Source of the DNA: a virus
Lineage: Duplodnaviria; Caudoviricetes
Direction: 5' to 3' (one strand)
IMG/VR virus record: IMGVR_UViG_3300033489_000051
Span: 1-26,714 of that record
DNA: 26,714 nucleotides
The notes beneath the pieces are model-generated. The model saw nothing but the letters and a program-made list of their open reading frames with translations, made no database searches and was not told the origin of the DNA. Positions 24,972-26,714 of this stretch are shown here, one piece after another; the stretch's first letter is position 1, and every line of letters begins with the position of its first letter. A program made the position numbers and the translations under genes.

Positions 24972-26714
24972 TGGCTGAGTCAGATTGGGTATCACCTAAA
25001 GAATTTCGATTAGGTAATCGTGGTCCTGGAAGGGGTAAAGTTGATATATCAGGCGTAGATATTAACAATGCATTAGCAAGTCAAACTCCTACTAAACCTA
25101 TTAATAATAGTGTTCCAATAGAAAGCATTCCAAGTATTGCTACTCATCGCATACGCAATCCTGATGCGCCAGTAGTCAGTAATGAAGATGCTCTTAATGC
25201 TATGGGACAAGCAGCCAGCCAAGGTGCTGTGGATGTAGGCCAAGGAATTGTTAACGCTATTCCCACACCAAGACCTCAACCAGTTGCTCCAGCACCTACT
25301 AACATCGGCGAATTCTTGGTACAAGATAAGGCAGTTGGATTAGCTGAGGGCGCGCTGACTGTAGGCAGTGGGTTAGCATCATTCCTTACTGGCGTACCTT
25401 ACGGCATTGGTAAGACACTTTATGATACTATTGCTCAAGATCCTAGTACTACAATAGATAGAATATTGTTAGGAGATCCTGTGCAAGGTCTTGCTAATAT
25501 CGGAAGTAATGTGGATAAGTATATGGCTGGCGATAGTGCTTATGGTATAGGTAAAGCTTATCAACCTAAGACTGAAACTGGTCAGTATGTTGCAGGAGTT
25601 GCAGCATCCCCATTTACCTTAGCCCACGAGTTCCTTCAAGACGGACTTAGAGATAAAGCATGGACTGACAGTCTTACACAAGATCAAAAAGATGCTATAG
25701 CAATTGGTAAGATAGATGATCCAAAAGCAATGAAAGAACAGTGGCTGGCCGCCAATCCTAACGCAGGTGCGAGAGAGGGTAAGGCAGCTACAGCATTATT
25801 CGATATAGTTTTATTAGCATTTCCTAAACTTGCCACAAAGGTCAAGAATAGAACTGCGCTCACCGAGGCTGAAGTAGGTGAAGTGACTAGTAAGATGATT
25901 GAGACTGATCCAACTATACCTGTTGATGTTATAGATGTACTAGCTGACAAACTGACCAAAGCTGCATCCAGAAATGCTAAATTTGAGGCTAATCAACCTA
26001 TAGTTGATGCACTCCTTGAAGGGGCCGAGGCTAGAAAATCCCATACAGGTAAGCATGCCCAGTTTAAACGCATCGCTAAAAAGCTTGAAGAATTGGACGT
26101 AGACATTGAAACTCTTGACTTGAATACCATTAAGGGCGTTGGAAAGACATCTGGTAAGGGGATTCGTGGAGTTATTGAACAGGCTATCGAAGATCGTAAG
26201 ACAGGTAAAACAACTGAGGCTGTAAAATCAAATGTCGAACCTGAGAGATTTCCATGGCAAAGAAAGCTTGAGAAGATAAAGAATGATCCTGTTAAACTTG
26301 AGGCAGAGCGTACTAAAATTCTTAAGGAAGTTGAAGCATTAAATGCTTTAGAAGCTGAAGGTGCAGGATTAGAAAACAGTCCACTCACTGATGCTAAGAA
26401 GATAAGAAGGAATAGTCTTGAGAGAATGCTTGAAGATTTGAATATGGAGATTAATCCTGATCTATATAAAGGTAAAGAATCTATTAAACCTGACAATAGA
26501 ACATTAATGCAGAAGATTTATGATCAATTCTATCAAGATGAAGTTAGTAGGGCTGATCCTAGAACTACTCCTCAATCTAACTATTTAGATAAGGTTGAAG
26601 AAATGGTTGTTAGTGCACGTCCTGATATTGCTGATATAAGAAAGAGAGTGGATGCTGGAGAGTTTAATTCGGAGTCGGTCCCACCTACAGCGCAAAAAGC
26701 CGCGCCTGTGGTGG
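24971..26714 (+). CDS. Large internal virion / ejection protein, N-terminal ~581 aa (runs off right edge; absent from ORF track)
   Basis: TAATG coupling at 24969-24973; MAESDWVSPKEFRLGNRGPGRG...; same frame still open at the window end (...AQKAAPVV); GLAEGALTVGSGLASFLTG glycine-rich helix. Confidence 0.8.
   Translation, partial: MAESDWVSPKEFRLGNRGPGRGKVDISGVDINNALASQTPTKPINNSVPIESIPSIATHRIRNPDAPVVSNEDALNAMGQAASQGAVDVGQGIVNAIPTPRPQPVAPAPTNIGEFLVQDKAVGLAEGALTVGSGLASFLTGVPYGIGKTLYDTIAQDPSTTIDRILLGDPVQGLANIGSNVDKYMAGDSAYGIGKAYQPKTETGQYVAGVAASPFTLAHEFLQDGLRDKAWTDSLTQDQKDAIAIGKIDDPKAMKEQWLAANPNAGAREGKAATALFDIVLLAFPKLATKVKNRTALTEAEVGEVTSKMIETDPTIPVDVIDVLADKLTKAASRNAKFEANQPIVDALLEGAEARKSHTGKHAQFKRIAKKLEELDVDIETLDLNTIKGVGKTSGKGIRGVIEQAIEDRKTGKTTEAVKSNVEPERFPWQRKLEKIKNDPVKLEAERTKILKEVEALNALEAEGAGLENSPLTDAKKIRRNSLERMLEDLNMEINPDLYKGKESIKPDNRTLMQKIYDQFYQDEVSRADPRTTPQSNYLDKVEEMVVSARPDIADIRKRVDAGEFNSESVPPTAQKAAPVV

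Larger units (their letters stand above)
1..26714. mobile_element. Tailed dsDNA bacteriophage genome segment (podovirus-like morphogenesis module)
   Basis: Colinear TerL-portal-scaffold-MCP-adaptor-nozzle-ejection proteins with no tape measure or sheath gene in the window; endolysin; divergent arm of small hypothetical genes; no host housekeeping genes. Confidence 0.95.

Noticed and set aside
5528-26496. Minus-strand and nested alternative-frame ORFs across the late operon (e.g. 9251..9715, 15683..16207, 18376..18759, 25993..26496)
   Set aside because: Overlap long plus-strand structural genes, lack SDs or recognisable motifs; expected shadow ORFs.

Overview
A 26.7-kb, AT-rich segment of a tailed dsDNA phage with podovirus-like morphogenesis genes; no host genes, integrase, rRNA, tRNA or CRISPR array were seen. 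Bases 1-~4640 are a leftward (minus-strand) early/accessory arm of small hypothetical genes driven by three sigma70-like promoters, with an origin-like repeat region at ~3410-3760. A divergent control region lies at ~4640-4960. From 4970 a rightward late operon encodes an HTH/TerS-like protein, lysis genes (membrane protein, M15 peptidase endolysin, DUF1353-like), tail fibre/tailspike genes, TerL, portal, scaffold, two accessory structural proteins, an SU10/DUF5309-type major capsid protein, adaptor, nozzle, a GNAT-like protein and ejection (internal virion) proteins, the last running off the window. The most notable unexplained signals are: (1) two interlocking long inverted-repeat pairs that each enclose a whole early gene, with both mismatches being G·U on the coding strand; (2) a 27-bp imperfect palindrome at five gene junctions across both arms; (3) a ~140-nt GC-rich structured spacer in the tail module; (4) a beta-helix tailspike with a lipoprotein-type signal peptide. 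All functional calls rest on motif recognition by eye and gene order, not database searches.
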